A DNA stretch of 64,000 nt from Neoechinorhynchus agilis (taxonomy: Eukaryota > Animalia > Acanthocephala), in the NCBI GenBank assembly GCA_051530055.1, contig CM121342.1:8217412-8281411 (forward strand), read 5' to 3'. Positions 60,581 to 64,000 of this stretch are shown here, piece by piece. Made by a program: the position numbers and the translations under genes. A model generated the notes under the pieces. The model was not told the DNA's origin and ran no database searches. It saw only the letters and a list, made by a program, of their open reading frames with translations. Within the stretch, counting starts at the first letter, position 1; each line of letters begins with the position of its first letter.

Positions 60581-63138
60581 TTGCATGTAAGTTTTTAAAT
60601 ATTCGAGTCACCTACCAGAAATCTACCAGTACGTGTCCTTGTGCTACGACCAGTCCAGCATGCTGCTGTTCGGCGAGTTCCAGGTCAATACATGGATTTG
60701 AATCATTTCGGTTAGCGGAGGAACTACACATTTTTGCTAAGTGCCATACAAATGAAAAAAACGAACAAATAACTCTATTCGAACGAGCGGATAAAATGTC
60801 GAATTCCGGATCCTGAATTCGATCTAGCCAACAAGCTATATGACAGTACATTATTTTAGCAACATCGATTCGAAATTGGGTTTCTAAGCTTGGCACCTTG
60901 GTTATATTCAGCCAAAGAAGTGGTAGAGTTCCGTTTTAGATGAGAAAGCAATCATCAGGCGCCCTGCACATGGATTTTTCCCTCAGAATGATCTTATGCT
61001 TCATGCACTGGACAATCAATGGAAATGTGAATTCAGATATATACGAACGTGAACACTCAGAATCCCCTTCAGAATCATTAAAACATCCAGCTGAAAGTAA
61101 AGAAGTCTGTCGAATCGAAATTCATAAGGATCTTCCTGGTACACAAACGACATAATTTTACATAACGCTGGGAAATCAACATCCTTATCATCACCGTTGG
61201 CAAATAAAGTTAATCCATGCATCAGCGCACCGGGACCTTTGATCAAACCCTGCTCGGTTCGACCATATTTTACTGCAATGATCGTAGAAGTTTACAAGGA
61301 CGAAACAATTCAAATTTGCTTGATTTCTAAATAATAACCCTTCAAACTGTTTGGAGTCATACGAACGAGCGCTACCATGATAACTTGAAATGATAAAATC
61401 GGAGGACAAAATCTAATTAACTACAAAGTTTTATAGGTCTGCAAATTCAAAAAGTATTAAATCAATACGCTTTAATTTGATAAAAATTTAGAAGATTAGG
61501 ACCATGTTAAAAAATTGGCTTACGTATAAATTTTCAAATAAAAATCATCTCTAAATAGTCTGTTAAATTTGGAATAAAGAGCAAATGTCTAATGTCGATG
61601 TGCCATTCGTTTCGTCCTGCAGAGCAATGAAAACTTTGGCTAACTGCTACAGATAGAATACCCGAGTCTTAGATTTCAGAAATACAAGCTGCTCTCGCCA
61701 AGCACTTTTAAATAAAATGAAAACTTGCAAGACTTGAGTAATAAGCATCTATGATATTTATTGCGCCTCACACCATGAAATTTCGTACAATTTCAAGAAG
61801 GAAATTCTTCAAATTTAAAGGGATTACAACGTGCGTAAAACTCAGTTTCTGAATAAATCGACATTGATTCATTAATAGCTCAATGCCAACGAAAAATTTC
61901 ATATTTATATATAATACCCAAGTTTCTGGCTGAATTCTAAACCGATCGCTTACACGGCTATTTGGCAAGATGATATGATATTATCAAACAAAGAATGATC
62001 AAAGTAAAATTGAAAAATCGCTTGTGGATTTTTCTAGACTTTCAAATATTTTTGCGCGTAAAGGCGATTAAAGTAAGAATTGTGGTGTGAATATACTCGC
62101 CCGATTAACAGGTATTTTGCTAAGAAATATTTCGGAAAGCGATCAAATAAAGCACTTAGAAGAGGCTTCCTCTTTCAAGATATTTCCATATCTTTCACTC
62201 GGGTGGCGATTATGGTTAAGACACTTAAAACTAAATTATCAAAATGAGATGAAATTTAATACCCTTCTCTTTTTTAAGATCATTGCTATAAAGGCGCCAA
62301 TATCAACGTCGCCAATGATTTCACCAATAATTTGTTTTTCACTTTACTTGAACCCCGTACATCATAAATGGCCTCGAGCCGAATGCGTTTGATGAACTTA
62401 TAATAAGGACTATCGCGACCTTCGATGACACCTTCTAACCATCTCCAACGAATATTCGAATTGAGGGCATCATAGTATTCCGATAGTACGAAGGTTTGGA
62501 CAAGACGCACATAATGAATAATTCCATTAGTTGGAAAAGCCATTGGTGGCTTTCGCTCGTGGCACTAATTCTCTCCAAATCCTCATTGACTTGTCTAACC
62601 ATCGAAGGAACTATCAAAGCTTTATAGATTTGCTTTTACAAACGCCTAAGTGAAAAGCCAAGCGAGAAACAAAAGTGCAACTCACCAAAATACGCCGAAT
62701 AAATGTTTGATGATTGAGTCACGAAGCGAATTTGATTGGGAAAACGATGCTAAGAATAGACTCATGCGATGAGAAATCAAGGGACCCAAAATTACCGATT
62801 AGATGTTGTTTCGATACAGTTGCCCATTATGAAAACGAACAACTTAGAGACAAAATCGAGAAGCCATTATACTTAACCAGTTTTTTCTTCGTCAGAACCC
62901 CACTAATAAACGACTGTATCGTTATTGAACTTGAATTTCTCATTCGTTTCACCTAAACGTAAGTTATTCCAACCAACACTCAAATCACCCCGAATAAAAA
63001 ATAATAAACACGTTTTATAGATTAAGAAAAACGATCCATACATGTGCCAGCATCTATCTTTGCCGAAGTTGTCTGGATGTCGGATGTTGAGGCAGGGAGG
63101 TGGGATTTGACTTTGGAGTTTTACAGGAGAATGACAGA

Positions 63139-63441
<303 letters not shown>

Positions 63442-64000
63442 CTAAAGTACTTATTAAATATAATTCTTTTTGTGTTTGACAGCTGACACTGTCGTTTGCA
63501 TAAAAACAATCAAACTGTCAAATTAACCACAACGCAATGCAGAATGCCAAGGTCAGAATCTGATTACACATAATTTCTAAATTGTCTTATAAGGCATAAA
63601 GACGTTAACACAGCATGACATTCGTCCTGAAATACATTAATATTGGTAATCGTTAAATTCGCGCGGAAATTTTAAGTTAAGCTTGAAAACGACAAACGTT
63701 ATTACAATCGTGTTTCACAAATGCCTGCCAACAATTATCATTTAATTTTACATCTTAAACATTTATCATTACTTTATAAAAAACGATTAAATACTATAAG
63801 GTAACATAAGTAATGCATTGTTTATATCTATTAGCAGCAGGTGATGATCGATTCTTTTAAGAATAGCATTCGATAATTCACGCAACGAATATATCGGTAA
63901 AGATTTGCTTAAAGATAGAACTCGATCGTAGTTGGCTCACTTTCACTGAATACCACTATGTGAGCGAAAACGAAAACCTTTTTAAGAGTCTATTACATAC

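Noticed and set aside
60378-60611. 77-aa ORF with a C2H2-like look
   Set aside because: No ATG start and it overlaps a good hammerhead on the same strand; not supported as a gene.
60600-62960. Several 65-100 aa ORFs as a multi-exon gene
   Set aside because: No recognisable motif or consistent splice model; left unannotated.

Overview
AT-rich eukaryotic DNA, most likely from a compact-genome invertebrate animal. The basis is a near-human tRNA-Gly(GCC), 46-49 nt GT-AG introns and the standard genetic code. The window looks like a heterochromatin-border mosaic. Genes: a Piwi-clade Argonaute, an extended-Tudor protein, a highly divergent TBP-related factor (one full copy plus one chimeric partial copy), a secreted LRR protein, a 6-exon SLC17-type transporter, an SGNH-fold ORF, a PRMT exon fragment and several orphan ORFs. 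It also holds five tRNA genes and many decayed retroelements: two CRE-clade RLE families, a full-length I/Jockey-like LINE with a 14-bp TSD, and a Penelope GIY-YIG relic. Other repeats are a near-identical >=5 kb segmental duplication (offset 26,058) and two satellites (139 bp and ~206 bp units). The strongest leads are four. (1) A 196-bp MITE-like insertion with a 7-bp TSD splits the Piwi PAZ domain, and clean removal appears to need a non-canonical GT...CG intron. (2) A family of tiny hammerhead-ribozyme-bearing insertions, some palindromic, has TSDs and an empty site visible in paralogs. (3) A dispersed repeat carries all hammerhead core elements in a non-standard strand order. (4) Piwi, Tudor and a divergent TRF co-occur in a transposon graveyard. 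All protein assignments come from motif recognition by eye; no database search was run.
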